Shown in pieces: positions 22,676-34,124 of a stretch of DNA of 64,000 bases. Origin of the DNA: Cyanidioschyzon merolae (taxonomy: Eukaryota); assembly GCA_000091205.1 (NCBI GenBank), contig AP006493.2; one strand, written 5' to 3'. How positions within the stretch are numbered: the first letter of the stretch is position 1; every line of letters starts with the position of its first letter. The notes under the pieces are model-generated. The model had not been told where the DNA came from and ran no database searches. It saw only the letters and a program-made list of their open reading frames with translations. A program made the position numbers and the translations under genes.

Positions 22676-25024
22676 CTAGACTGGCATCGTCTCCTGCGAA
22701 TCCTGCGGCACCTTGGGCGCGTCGATCTGGTCGATTCGTTCTTCATGTGCCGCAACCCGTGATATGCCAAGGTCCGCTAACTGTCTCTCGTCGACGTCGC
22801 TCGGTGCCGCGGTCATCAATTCGCTGGCGCTCGTTGTTTTCGGAAAGGCAATCACATCGCGCAAACTCTTCGCCTGAGCGCACGTCATGAGAATACATCG
22901 ATCGAGTCCGAAAGCGAAGCCACCGTGCGGTGGTGCTCCGTACCGGAGCGCCTGCAACAAGAACCCAAACTTGGCCTGCTGCTCCTCATCGCTGATCGCT
23001 AACACGCTCAGAACAGCGCTTTGAATCGCCGGATCATAAATGCGGATGCTGCCTCCTCCGATTTCCGTCCCGTTGCATACCAGATCATAGGCCTCCGCTC
23101 GAAGCTTCAAAAGTTCCTGCGTCAGGGTAGCGTCTTTGGACAATGAATCGGGTTTTTCTCGTATACGTTGAACGAGCGTCAACAGCAGATCACGCTGGTC
23201 TTCCCGCGGCGAGGTGAATGGATGATGCACGCTAGTCAGTCGATTGTACTCATCGTCCCAGGCGAAGAGCGGAAAGCCGACTACCCAGCAAAATCGATAA
23301 TCTGTTTCATCCACGAATCCTCTTTCCTTGGCAATTTTGACACGAAGTCGACCCAAGGAGCCGAGAACGACGGGTCGCGAGCCAGCCGCCACCAGGAGGA
23401 GACTGTCAGGGCGCGCTCCCAGCTGCTCCACAAGCTGCCCTGCAACCGTTGGCTCCAGTTTGTTGAGCGGTCCGCTGTTTATAGTAGGCCGCCCGTCCGA
23501 TGATCCAATTTTGCCCCAGAGTAACCCAGATAAACCCAGTTGTTTCACAAACTGAGTATAATCGTCGATGACTTTTCTGGAGGTGTGTGGCGCGGCTCCC
23601 GGTACCACGAGAGCCCGAATGGTTTCTGCGCCTCGAAACGGCGCAACAGCGCAGAGGGCCTCAAAGAAATGCCAGTGTTGCGCTGTGTTGGATTCTCCCT
23701 GATTCGCAGACCAGATAGGCTGCAACTCGAGACCAAAACGCAAATCTGGCGCATCGGTTCCGTAACGCTCCATACAGTCATCATACGTCATCACCGGGAA
23801 CCGCAAACCTTGTCGTGCAGTGTTGCGAACCAACACTTCATCGTTCTTGAGCTCCTGCTCTGATAATACATTAGAAAAAAGCGCTTCGGCAACGCGCTCA
23901 ACAGTATGCATCACATCAGCTGCGCCCACAAAACTCATCTCCAAATCGACTTGCGTAAACTCCGGTTGACGATCCTGCCGCAGGTCTTCATCGCGAAAGC
24001 AGCGCGCAACTTGAAAATACCGATCCATACCACCAATCATGAGCAACTGTTTGTAAAGTTGCGGGGATTGTGGCAACGCATACCATTTTCCACGATGCAC
24101 GCGGCTAGGGACGAGGTAATCTCGCGCGCCCTCTGGAGTAGCTCGCGTCAGTATCGGTGTCTCTATTTCGACGAATCCGAGGCTATCGAGAACACGCCGC
24201 ACAGCCATGGTGGCCTCGTGACGGCGGATCAGAGCAGACTGCAGGGACGCTCGGCGCAAATCCAGGTACCGATATCGCAGTCGGGTTTCCTCCGAGGCAC
24301 CCGTGGTCGCCAGCTGACCAGAACCCGGACGGCCCGTTGTCGTATTGCCTGTCTCGGGGCGTTCCATGTCTAAAACTAGGGGCAAAGGGTCTGCCCTGTT
24401 CAGGACTTCGATGACATGGGCTGCAATCTCGACACTGCCGGTCGGCATCGAAGCGTTGACGTTCGCGGGATCTCGAGCACGTACCGTTCCACGAACGCGT
24501 ACCACAGACTCTCGTCGGATCGTTTTCACCTGAGTCCGAAGCGCTTCCGGGCTTGCAGCGTCAATCGTGACCTGGACGATGCCATGTCGGTCACGCAAAA
24601 GCAGAAAAGTGACGCCACCCCGGTCTCGTATGGTATGCGCCCAGCCGCAGACGGTGACGGTGCATCCAACGTGCTCGGAGCGGAGCGCACCGCACACATG
24701 TGTGCGGAGACTGGTTTGCGTCTCAGAAGCCGCAGAACAAGCGAGCAGTTTCACTGAGCGTGGTTGCTTTCGCTGTGGGCGACTCGCTCCGACCGGATGT
24801 GTGGCGACTTCGAAGCGCCGCGCGAGGAAACTTCGCTCACCCGAATTTCCCGTCAGAAAGTGCAACCAGCAACGCGAAAACGATAAACGCCCAAACGCCC
24901 ACGGCTGATATCGAAGCGGGCAGTTTCGCACGTCTCTCGCGACTCCTGACGCACCCAGCGGTTTCGCCAAGAAAGCAAAGCCGCACGTTGTTCGGAGAAG
25001 CTTCATCTTCCAGTTCCTAGGCAC
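22676..25024 (-). CDS. aspartyl-tRNA synthetase, bacterial/organellar type, with about 100-aa N-terminal presequence
   Basis: Anticodon-binding start 'LRTHVCGALRSEHVGCTVTVCGWAHTIRDRGGVTFLLLRDRHGIVQV'. Class II motif 2 'FQVARCFRDEDLRQDRQPEFTQVDLEMSF'. The bacterial-type insertion (GAD) domain is present. Motif 3 'GGFAFGLDRCILMTCAQAKSLRDVIAFPK'. Ends with TAG, so TAG is a genuine stop in this genome. Confidence 0.8.
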   Translation of the reverse strand: MPRNWKMKLLRTTCGFAFLAKPLGASGVARDVRNCPLRYQPWAFGRLSFSRCWLHFLTGNSGERSFLARRFEVATHPVGASRPQRKQPRSVKLLACSAASETQTSLRTHVCGALRSEHVGCTVTVCGWAHTIRDRGGVTFLLLRDRHGIVQVTIDAASPEALRTQVKTIRRESVVRVRGTVRARDPANVNASMPTGSVEIAAHVIEVLNRADPLPLVLDMERPETGNTTTGRPGSGQLATTGASEETRLRYRYLDLRRASLQSALIRRHEATMAVRRVLDSLGFVEIETPILTRATPEGARDYLVPSRVHRGKWYALPQSPQLYKQLLMIGGMDRYFQVARCFRDEDLRQDRQPEFTQVDLEMSFVGAADVMHTVERVAEALFSNVLSEQELKNDEVLVRNTARQGLRFPVMTYDDCMERYGTDAPDLRFGLELQPIWSANQGESNTAQHWHFFEALCAVAPFRGAETIRALVVPGAAPHTSRKVIDDYTQFVKQLGLSGLLWGKIGSSDGRPTINSGPLNKLEPTVAGQLVEQLGARPDSLLLVAAGSRPVVLGSLGRLRVKIAKERGFVDETDYRFCWVVGFPLFAWDDEYNRLTSVHHPFTSPREDQRDLLLTLVQRIREKPDSLSKDATLTQELLKLRAEAYDLVCNGTEIGGGSIRIYDPAIQSAVLSVLAISDEEQQAKFGFLLQALRYGAPPHGGFAFGLDRCILMTCAQAKSLRDVIAFPKTTSASELMTAAPSDVDERQLADLGISRVAAHEERIDQIDAPKVPQDSQETMPV

Positions 25025-25420
25025 ACTCCTGCTACGCGCAAGCGAACAGTAAGAGAACCGACGGAAACACCCGCTGTGTACTTGAACCTGCTGCGGTGCG
25101 CGCCCAGGGGCTACGCTCGCCCGCTAGCGGAGGGCAAGCACCCGTCGCTTCTCGCACCGCGCTGTTGCGTTGTGTGCAGGGCGCCAGAGCCAGCCTCTCC
25201 TGAGCTATAACTGCCAAAAATCGTCCAGTTCTAATGTGCAGGCCGCCACACACACACACACAAATGCGTCAGCCAGCACAAAATCCTCACAAAAAGGGTC
25301 AATGAACCCAAGAGAAACACCCAATGCTGCCCGTGCTACTTGTAGTTGCGCTTCGCAGCAGCGCTAGCGACCGCGGTAGCTATGAGCACGCCTCCCCCGC
25401 CGACGGATGCGTATTTGCCG

Positions 25421-25449
25421 CAGCCGCAGCAGCAGCAGCAGCAGCGCAG
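25421..25449. repeat. (CAG)n microsatellite
   Basis: gcagcagcagcagcagcagc seen directly. Confidence 0.85.
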
Positions 25450-25599
25450 GCGAGACTGCGCGGCTCGGGGCGATGCGCCGGCGATCGATCGTCCCTGCGA
25501 AAGCGATGCACTGTGGGTGAAAGGCCCCTCATTGCGTAGCGAGTAATCGATCTATAAATTCCTGGTTATTGTAGCTCGTGCTTCCGTCTTGTTCCACAG

Positions 25600-26298
25600 G
25601 TGCTTTTGGGGTTTATGGATACCCACAAGTGCAAGTTATGCTCGAGTTCAGCGAGGCTGGGGTTCATCCTGACGTTGCCCTGTTCGCAAACGTCGGCGTT
25701 CTGCATCAGTTACGTCACGAGCGTGGACGAGCACAGACCACCGGGGCTCCTGACGCGCCTTGCCGGCACTCGGCGGCGCCTACGTGCAGGGACACTGCGA
25801 GCTGAGGGTGGCTCAGAAGACTCGAGAACAGCAGAGGAGTCGAACTCAAAGGTCGATGGCTCTAGTCACAGCTCGGGCAGTGTGCACGGGTACGGGGAGC
25901 CGGTGCCGTCGATACCGACCCGGCCGTTTGACGCCTCAGTAGTGCATCCGTCCTGGTATATAAACATGCGGCCCGACAATCCTTGCGTGGTTTGTTTAGG
26001 AGAAGGCTACATACGTTGCATGCATTGCTACGGGGCAGGGTACGTGGTCGTGGGGCCCGAGCCCGAAGATTTTCCCGAACGAGACCGTGAAGTCTGCACT
26101 GTTTGTTACGGAGAAGGCCGGCATCAATGTCGCCGGTGTGAAGGCACGGGCAAGCGTCCCATGTGGATCATCGACCCGGCAACTCGAGAGCGACGTTCGA
26201 TATCGCTGGAGCGGGACCTGCCTTGGAAAAAAGCGCTGATGGATCTCGCAGAAACAGAGTTGCGACGACAGGAATCGGAAAAGTCGAAAGATGCATAG
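25600..26298 (+). CDS. DnaJ-type zinc-finger domain protein (four CxxCxGxG repeats), BSD2/HSP40-Zn-finger-like
   Basis: 'CVVCLGEGYIRCMHCYGAGYV' and 'CTVCYGEGRHQCRRCEGTGK' give four CxxCxGxG units. The N-terminal 100 aa of the ORF may be 5' region, and the true start is probably internal. Confidence 0.4.
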   Translation: MLLGFMDTHKCKLCSSSARLGFILTLPCSQTSAFCISYVTSVDEHRPPGLLTRLAGTRRRLRAGTLRAEGGSEDSRTAEESNSKVDGSSHSSGSVHGYGEPVPSIPTRPFDASVVHPSWYINMRPDNPCVVCLGEGYIRCMHCYGAGYVVVGPEPEDFPERDREVCTVCYGEGRHQCRRCEGTGKRPMWIIDPATRERRSISLERDLPWKKALMDLAETELRRQESEKSKDA

Positions 26299-27323
26299 TG
26301 TGAGCAGGGAGTATCGTGCGCTTTTATGGACTCAGGGGTGTTTGATTTTGTTCGAGAAGCAGGACCCGACTCTTGTGCTTCGTGGCAAGGGCTCTTGGCC
26401 GGCCGCGACCCTCTACAGAGCCAAAGCGTTGTGCACGAACGGCTTCATCCAGAACAAAGCTGGTGACCACGACACCGTGAATGTTCGCTTCGCCTCGGAA
26501 ATTCCTGCAAGAATTTCTGCGAGAGCACACGGATTGTGCGTTCGTCTACGTTGGTCGTGCCCGATACTGGAGACTCGAATCGCAGCCGCGCACGCCTTTA
26601 TCGTATGCGATTGCGAGACGCGGATCGCTCATCAGGGAAAAGCGCTCGCGACGCATCCCGCGAGTCGACCTGGAGCACGCTTTGTCAAAAATCCCCCATG
26701 TTCACGAACCACGAAACACAACTAGGCATGCGCGGCGAGATCTGGTGTTCGCAGAGCGCGGTGGCCTGGTTTCTAGTCACCAGAGTTTACCGGCTTTTTC
26801 AAATCGAACTGAATCGAAAGCATTGTGTTGGGAACTAGAGGTCTAGGTGGTGCTGGTGATTTCACTGGCGGTGCGATGGTGCGCAAGTACGATGTTTCCG
26901 AGACCGCGTCGGGGCGATCCCGTCGCGGTGCGCTAGCACTGCCACGTGATGACGCGGCATGAATGCTGCTGTTCACACGAATTGGGAATGATCCCTAACT
27001 ACCCTACACCGTTCGTACACAGCATTCAACGAATCATAAATTTGTTGCTTTTCAAAATCCGAACATAACTGTTGTGCGTTTAAAAACACGTGATCTCTGC
27101 ACGGACCAGAGTTCGCATAAGCGCAACGGGCATGATTGCGTGATGAGAGGTCATGCGGCATGCGTTCGCGGCACAGCGACATGCGAGGTGCCTATGAAGT
27201 ACCGCGCAGCGTATCTTGTTCTGTCTGTAACCAATACATGGGAATCGTGACGTGAGATGCAACGCAAACTCGTGCGCGTCAAAAGTATCGTTCTTTCATT
27301 GGGCGTGACGAAGTGAGCGGCAG

Positions 27324-28348
27324 TTATTTCATAAACAGCATATGCATGACAGTGGAGCGCAAAAATATCCGCGAACATGTAAGGTACTTATTTACCCGCG
27401 CACAGACGCCTCCCAGCCTCTTTTGACAGGCCAATTGCTGTCGTTTCAGCTCCTTTTTGTACAATTTGAGTCTGAGAAGCTGGTCGAAAAGGCTGGACCG
27501 CATCAGATCCGCGAGTCTCGGCATCAGCATCGCACATCGTCTGATATCGATGGCGGCGTTCAAGTCTCGGTTCAGAGACTCCATGATTTTATTGACGCTG
27601 GTTGAACTCACCAATGCAATGATTGCTGCGGCCTGTGCACTTTGCGAGACTGCAGTCACGTTATCGGCTCGTCGGGCAGATTCCTTTCCCAGACGATAGC
27701 CACTGTTCGATTGCATCCTCTTCGTCACTCGCGATTTATCGCTGGATGGTCGGCGACGAGAGAATTTTTTGTCGAAATCCGAGATACCGGGCCTCCAGGA
27801 CCCTCAACTTCGATGCCCATAGGCGTCCACTGGATTTTTTATTTCTTCAAAATGAACGCATTTGTTGATTCCCTCAGGTGCGGAGCTTCGCGGAGCAAGA
27901 AGGACCCTCTGAAGAGAGATGCAATGTGCCCTGGTCTGTCAAAGAGTGCTCAAAGCTTCAGCGATTCGCTCAGTTGAACGATCAGTATGTTTTACGATAG
28001 AAAACACTCTTTCGATACGGTTGAATCACGGTGGGCATGTAGGAATGAAAAGCAGCTCTATCCCTAGAGAATGAGCAAACGCACGAGCGCAATCGGACTG
28101 GTCGAGTGCCACATAGTCCAGTTGAAGGATGTCTCCAGATTTCACGTGAAAAGTTCTCAATGATTCGTCAAAGTGGTTTGTGCTGCTGTACGAGCGCTCT
28201 CTACGAGCGAAACTGAGTCCGTTACTTGAATCCAGTGCAGCTCGAACAGAGGACGATGTCGTCGTCCTTTTCGAGTTCGCTCATACACACAACGGGCGCC
28301 CAGCTCCGCGAGTGCCCATATGCGCTCCGACCGTTTCATCCGGAGCAT
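27324..28348 (-). pseudogene. degenerate TnpB/Fanzor-like copy (RuvC-II-like block at about 28.2 kb, RuvC-III block at about 27.5 kb)
   Basis: 28157..28348(-) 'ERIWALAELGARCVYERTRKG' aligns with 'ADRLLAEAINRTKTLVVEFGNG' and 'ADRVLAEDIAQRKRVITHETE' of other copies. 27324..27728(-) 'SVNKIMESLNRDLNAAIDIRRCAML' closely matches the RuvC-III 'HRDLHAAINIRKCAVL' of the 39.5-41.6 kb copy. Confidence 0.4.
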
Positions 28349-29049
28349 GTATCATCGAGTAGGACGAATGCGCTGTCGTCCTGCAAGAAGGATGTGCACT
28401 TCAGTGCGAAATCGACAGTGTGTTGTTCAGTGCGGGATTTTCTCTGTTAGAAGCGTGCTTTTTGTTTGTTCCTCCGTTTCTCTTCATTAACGGTCGTATC
28501 AACGGTACGCAATCTTCAGATCCTGTCGCATATTTGGTAATATTTTGTAGACAAGGCGTGGAGTGGAATGGATTGACAAGAAGAAAAATTTTTCGGCTGC
28601 GTCGAGTACATTCGGATTTGGTTGCGCGGCGTTCACGATTCGGCGTACGAGAAGCGTAAATCACTTGCCAGCTGACCGTCGCATATCCGTTTTGGACAAG
28701 TAAGACGATTTCCGCAAGGCAGCTGTGGTATCATAAAGTTTTTCTGTGACCTTTATCGAAGCTCTCGTCTACGTTGGGTTTGTTGAACGCCTGCTAGAGA
28801 AACGAAGGAAAATCGAGAATGGCTCGGTGATACATGTAGTCCAGAAATCACTTTTCTGTGTATTACTGCCCAGCATTGGCCATGCGTTGCCAAGGCGCTC
28901 CGTCGAAATCCTTTCGTATCAGCATGGAATTGAACGGGTTTACCTGGCGAACCCGGGCGAATACTCTAAAATGATGGTGACTTCCCAGAGTCACGAACGA
29001 CAGTCCTCACGCGCCTTTTCTACGATTGCTTCCTGTTCCTCTCGCTTAT

Positions 29050-29577
29050 TTACCGCTTGAAATACACCAGAATCTCTTTCCCCTCAGGTCCCGTGGTCAG
29101 CGGTAGAAGGATCTTGATAAGAGTATAAAAGTCCCGATTTCGCAGTTTCCGGCCTTTGACGACGCATGTCGTGCACTGGCAGAAGTCGCGGTCTAAGCCT
29201 CGCTCCAATTTCAATTTCTTTCCGGACAGCATTGGCGAGCCCTTCACAGCGATGGCACCTGAATCTAGTCAGGTATTCTCGTGTGCCGACCATGCATCTT
29301 CCGTCTGGCGCCGCCCTGAGACAAGTGAACGCTTGCTTCATCGCACCGTTCATGCGGTTTCGGGGTAAAGGGGGTTCCCCTCGATGCCGTATTCTCCGTG
29401 TCCGCTTCCGTTGCCAAACTCTACAACGAGGGTCTTGGTCCGGTTGATCGCTTCGGCGAGTAGCCTGTCCGCAGCACACACAAGCGCACGGCGTTCAATT
29501 TGATGGGGAATATGTGGAATTCGATAATTTTTCACGATGAAACATGTACCGGAAGGAGTGCCCAGGCTGGAGATCAA
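29050..29577 (-). pseudogene. degenerate TnpB/Fanzor-like copy (RuvC-II-like, CxxC, RuvC-III-like blocks; frameshifted, stop inside)
   Basis: 29350..29577(-) 'ADRLLAEAINRTKTLVVEFGNGSGHG'. 29084..29479(-) 'TREYLTRFRCHRCEG' (zinc-finger remnant). 29050..29247(-) 'CQCTTCVVKGRKLRNRDFYTLIKIL' (degenerate RD.NA..NI). Confidence 0.35.
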
Positions 29578-30754
29578 GTCGAGAGATTCGGATCCGTCGA
29601 CGCTGCTTCCGTGCTAGACTGTTACGCATTCTCGATGGGAACCAGTAGCCGAGGTGGCTCAAGTCCGACTCCAAGACCGTTTTTTATGGATGCAGAAGAG
29701 ACTGGAGTTTTTGGGAGCAGAACCCGGAAGACGTATCTTGCTGGTGTCGAATTCTGTTTCTTTGGCGCCCACAAAAATAAAAGGATCTGCGTTTCAAACG
29801 GGATCGATTATTTTGCGTGAGCTGTTCAGTGCAGTTTCGGCATGAGCTTCTAAACAATTCGTCGAAAGATAACGTCGTGTGGTTTGTCTCGCCAATGCAC
29901 CTGCGCGAATAGCGGTGCCTACGAGTTGCTTTGGAGCAGAAAGATCGAAAAATCGTCGAATGCGTTTTTCGAGCATGCTGTGCCTGAGGCATCGAGAAAA
30001 TTGCAGGCGCATACCTATGCATTGGATTCTGAAATCTGTTATTTTAAGAACCATTGTTCGATGGCGTCGTTAGTCAACTTGCTTCCGATGACCTATCGCT
30101 TTCCAGCTTCAACGAGAGGAACGAACCACTCCGAAGTGGCCACCCAGACTCCCGTGACCAGCTATGAATACGTAAGCCCTTATTGATTCACGTCAAATGT
30201 CAAGGCTGTATATCAAAAACAACTTCGGAAAACTACCAAGGCAGAAATAGTTCGAGCTCTGGTATGATCCATGTTCTTGGGACGCAGGTGTAGGTCACGG
30301 CACACCCGGTGCCGCGCAGGCGCCATGGATCCGAAAGCGATGCGGCTGCGTGCGTGCACGCGCGACTCGACAGGCGTTTCCCGCTTTGTAGATGCGCGAG
30401 GCGGCCGCGCATCGGATTTTCAACTGCCAGCCGCGGCGTCGAGCGATCAACGTTCGTATGAGCGCCTGCGTTTTCTTGCGACTGCATTTCCCAGCGTTCG
30501 GGTTCGGGGTATCCGCGCTGCACGATAGGCAGTTCGGTTTTATAGGAGGCGTTGAATGGAGCCGCAGCCTCGATCCTGAACCTGAGTTGCGGTAACGCCG
30601 GAATATTGGTTTGACGGTCCCGCTGTGCAACTGCTTTCCAGAGAACGTGGCTCTAAACGTGTACCCACAGGTTGCGGCTTGCGCGCCAGGCGTTTCCGGT
30701 GACAAGTCAGGCGGGTTCTTGAGTTGATAGCCTTCGGTTTTGGCAGCGGTAGCA

Positions 30755-30785
30755 GCAGCAGCAGCTGCTGCTGCAGTACTAGTCG
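30755..30785. repeat. (AGC)n/(GCT)n compound microsatellite
   Basis: agcagcagcagcagctgctgctgc seen directly. Confidence 0.85.
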
Positions 30786-30876
30786 TTGACTGGGACGACA
30801 CCAGCAAGCTGTTGGCAAAGTATCTGTTCCCTTGTATTGCAGGGCTGCTTTCAACATCACGATTTATTGGTGCCTC

Positions 30877-31377
30877 ATGCCAAGCTCGTCAACCTTTCTC
30901 GCAGTCCAGTGCAGTACGTGCGAGCAGATTCAAATTCAAGCATCGCGCCGTGATGGGCGTTTTCGTTGTAAGGTCTGCGGCGAGTGGCAGAGTACTCAGA
31001 AGGTCCTCGCCAAGTCAGCTCGTCCTCAAGAATTACGACCCTTTGTGCAAACTGCAAACCGTGCTCGAGGCGAGCAGTCCTGTCGTTCGTCTAGAACGAT
31101 ATCGGTGCCCTATGTGGAAACTCCGGAGCGGCACTTGCATGTGAGCGAGCGTCCGCAGGGCCGCCAGCACAATTGTACCTCGATTCGACGCTCGCACGGG
31201 CCCAACGAAGCCTTCGTGTCGTCATCCCGCAACTGCAATGCGTTCGGGATCCCGGGTGTCGCTGGTTCTAGCACGAACGATCATTACCTGGATGCGGAGA
31301 TTCTCGACGAGCTCAATGAGCAACGTCATGATTCTTTCGACGACGCAATAGAGGACGCCCTGGAAGAGGCCAGGTAA
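30877..31377 (+). CDS. MRN-complex-interacting protein (MRNIP)-like zinc-ribbon protein; ORF may continue past a candidate intron
   Basis: 'FLAVQCSTCEQIQIQASRRDGRFRCKVCGEWQSTQKVLAKS' follows the MRNIP N-terminal pattern (F.V.QC..C..FQ.......W.C..CG..QS). The ORF ends at ...EEAR directly at a canonical donor 'gccag|gtaagc' (about 31369), with a 'tttcgttgcag' acceptor at about 31463. Confidence 0.35.
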   Translation: MPSSSTFLAVQCSTCEQIQIQASRRDGRFRCKVCGEWQSTQKVLAKSARPQELRPFVQTANRARGEQSCRSSRTISVPYVETPERHLHVSERPQGRQHNCTSIRRSHGPNEAFVSSSRNCNAFGIPGVAGSSTNDHYLDAEILDELNEQRHDSFDDAIEDALEEAR

Positions 31378-33150
31378 GCGCCTGCTTCGGAACGACGTCA
31401 ACTTTCACTGGGCCCGGCTGTACTCTCTGTTCTCGCTGAACCTGAACCCTGCTTTCGTTGCAGCGCCGTCCTTCTGTATCGTTGCAAACCAAGACATCAA
31501 CAATAGTCACGAGGCAGGCGGCTCAGTTTCGGTTGTGCCTCTCCCGTTTCCTACAAAGTCCTGGAGGGACTGGCCACGGCGGCGGTAACGAAGTCTACCA
31601 GCTTCACAAGCAGGACACGGCCGATAGGCTTTGATTGGCCACCAGTGAAAGCCGCGCACGGCTGCGAGCCCACCCTGAAGACGTCCGCTGCCACCGCAGA
31701 GCTTACAGGGCGCAGCAGCGGAGGCAGAGGTTTCCGCTGCCTCCTCACGTGCTCGGAGAGCGCTCGAACCTCGCTTGGGTCGTCTCTCCGACCAGAGCGC
31801 ATGCTGACCACCCGGAGACGCTCCAGTTCGACTTGTAGAAAGCGGTGCAACGAAAAGTAACACCATGATCCGGAACAGTCTAAGAATTCAAAAAAGGATT
31901 TACCGTTTTCGTCGTGAACGGCTACCACGTAGCGCAAAGCACACCCTTGAACGCGTGCGCCGCGGCGCGCTGAAAACCCTGCATCTTTGAGGTCACGTTT
32001 CTTGCTGGTACTCCGACGACACCCCGCTCAGGCACCGGAGTTAATGCGTTGTTCTAGATTTTGGATACTGGCGAAAGATTTCCAGTTGGGCCTGTTTACT
32101 GCCACTAATGCACACATAGCTTGTAAAAGTGATATGTAAGCATGCAGGCAGGTATCCCGAGCCGGTCGTGTTGCAGTGGTTCCCGGATTTTCAGCACCAG
32201 GTTTTCCACGTTTACCATGAACGTCTGCGAGTTGACTTGCAGCGTGATGCCCCCAGAGAGATGGGCATGCCAAGAGACTTTTTTCTTGACCCTACGGGAG
32301 CTTTTCCCTGGGCTCGGCACAAGGGCCCGGCGTTATCGAGCATGAAATCGCGAAGGTACCTGCGGCGATTTCTGTCGAATGCGTCGATTGGGCGGGAGGC
32401 TTCGCGCTGCGCCTCTTTCCAGCGCGCACGCAGGAGAACTAGCGCAGCTGCTGTCACCGCAGCCTGAGATGATGATGACAGCAATACCCGTAATCACGAC
32501 GAAGCTGAGTCTGCTGGAGACAAAGCTGTTCCTCCGGTCGTTCGAGCGCTGGGTCCGTCCGCTTGATGCTGAAAGCGCAGGCATGCGAGCGATGAGGTAC
32601 GGCTCAGTGCATCATAACCCTTGATAAGTCTATTGTTTTTAAGAATCAACTGGTGCAAGCAAAGCCTCATTGCAAGTAGCGAGAGGTAAAAGATACAGTT
32701 ACTCGAACTGCCGCGACGGAACGAAGCACCATTGCGTGCGGTCTGTGCATTTTTCATGAAAACCAAGAACATCCTCTAGCGCAGTACTGACCCAAACTTG
32801 TCCTGACCACCCCAACAAGTCAAATGATTGGCGGCATCGCTCAGGGCCAAACTGCGTGGCCTGCAGGTGCACCCGCGTATCCGACGTCCATCGCTAGACT
32901 CGAGTCGATTAACGCCTAGGGCGCGTATCGTAGATGTGTCCAAGGCCCGCACAATGACTCGTGAACATGAACGCCACTAGGTCGACAAGGCGATATGCTC
33001 CAACTGAGACGAGAAAACTGCTGCCAAGGATAAGCTACGACTGGTTTTCTCGACCCGACACTAGTGACAGTCACAAACTGCGAGCGCGGGCCATCCAACG
33101 GTGTCGCCCAGAGGCTCCACGTCCGCGAAAGCGACACCTGACCTGTAAGC

Positions 33151-33190
33151 GCCATGCGATGCCATGCGATGCCATGCGATGCCATGCGAT
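33151..33190. repeat. 10-bp minisatellite (gccatgcgat)x4
   Basis: Four perfect tandem copies read directly. Confidence 0.9.
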
Positions 33191-34003
33191 GAAATTGCCA
33201 CGTCGCGCGCTGGGATATGACGATCGCCACGGAGCAGTGCCCCGGAGGCCAACTGAGAATTGAGACATTTCACCCTTCGATGGATGGGCGTCAGCCGCGC
33301 GCGCACCCGCCGTCGAGTCCAAATGGATCGCGCACCGGCAGCGTATCGATTCCGCATACGCTGGACGCGGTGATGCCCAGCAACTGGATTTCAAATCCAG
33401 GATCTTGCGACAAGGTGCTGTAGCCGCCGCCGCCTCCACTTTGTTTCAGGTTTGTGCTCGCCATTGCGGCGCGACAAGGTCTGTACGCACAGAGCAACGA
33501 CAGCGTCTCATCGGACACGCGCAACTGCTTTCGGGTGCTTGACACAGACAGAGACAGACTTTGGTTTGATCGAGCTGGTGAACTGCTCGATACGGGAGAG
33601 CCTGCCGGCACAAGACGCTTTCTTCTCGTCACGTGCTCGATAGGATAGCGCTCCTTCAAACAGGTTGAAGCGGTATAGACGCAGCAACAAGCGCGCCAAA
33701 GATCGAAAAGATCCGTTCCAGAAGAAAAGCCCTTGTGCACAAAACACTTACTGCACGTTCCTGAACGCGCCACAAAATTCACCGAACAACTCGCGTGTGA
33801 AATGAAAAAGGGCCCCAGTGCAATCTACACGGAAACTCGCAGGAGGTTGGTTGAGGAGCTTGAACAGGAGGTTTTCAGTACCGTCGATAACGCCAAACGC
33901 CTCCGACGAAGTCTCGAGGTCCTCGTCGAAATGCATGTTTCCTTGGTACAAGTCGCGCGTAGCTGTGCGTTGCTTGCTCGGCCGCAGTCGCCGCTGCCAC
34001 ATT

Positions 34004-34037
34004 CATCATCATCGTCGTCGTCGTCGTCATCGTCGTG
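34004..34037. repeat. (CAT)n(CGT)n microsatellite
   Basis: catcatcatcgtcgtcgtcgtcgtcatcgtcgtg, coding as poly-Ser in the + frame and poly-Asp in the - frame. Confidence 0.85.
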
Positions 34038-34124
34038 CAAGACGCCTTCCCCAGCTCGTGTCGCAGCGTCGGAAGCGAGCAGCCTATCAGCAACCCGCAG
34101 CATTTAAGCCGTGTACAACCTTCC

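Noticed and set aside
33370-33400. Hairpin 'ctgga-tttcaaa-tccag' resembling a tRNA anticodon arm with a UCA anticodon (selenocysteine or opal-suppressor like)
   Set aside because: I could not build an acceptor stem, D arm or T arm (no GTTC/TTCGAAT-like loop) from the flanks on either strand. It lies inside overlapping ORFs and is most likely a chance hairpin. A tRNAscan run would settle it.
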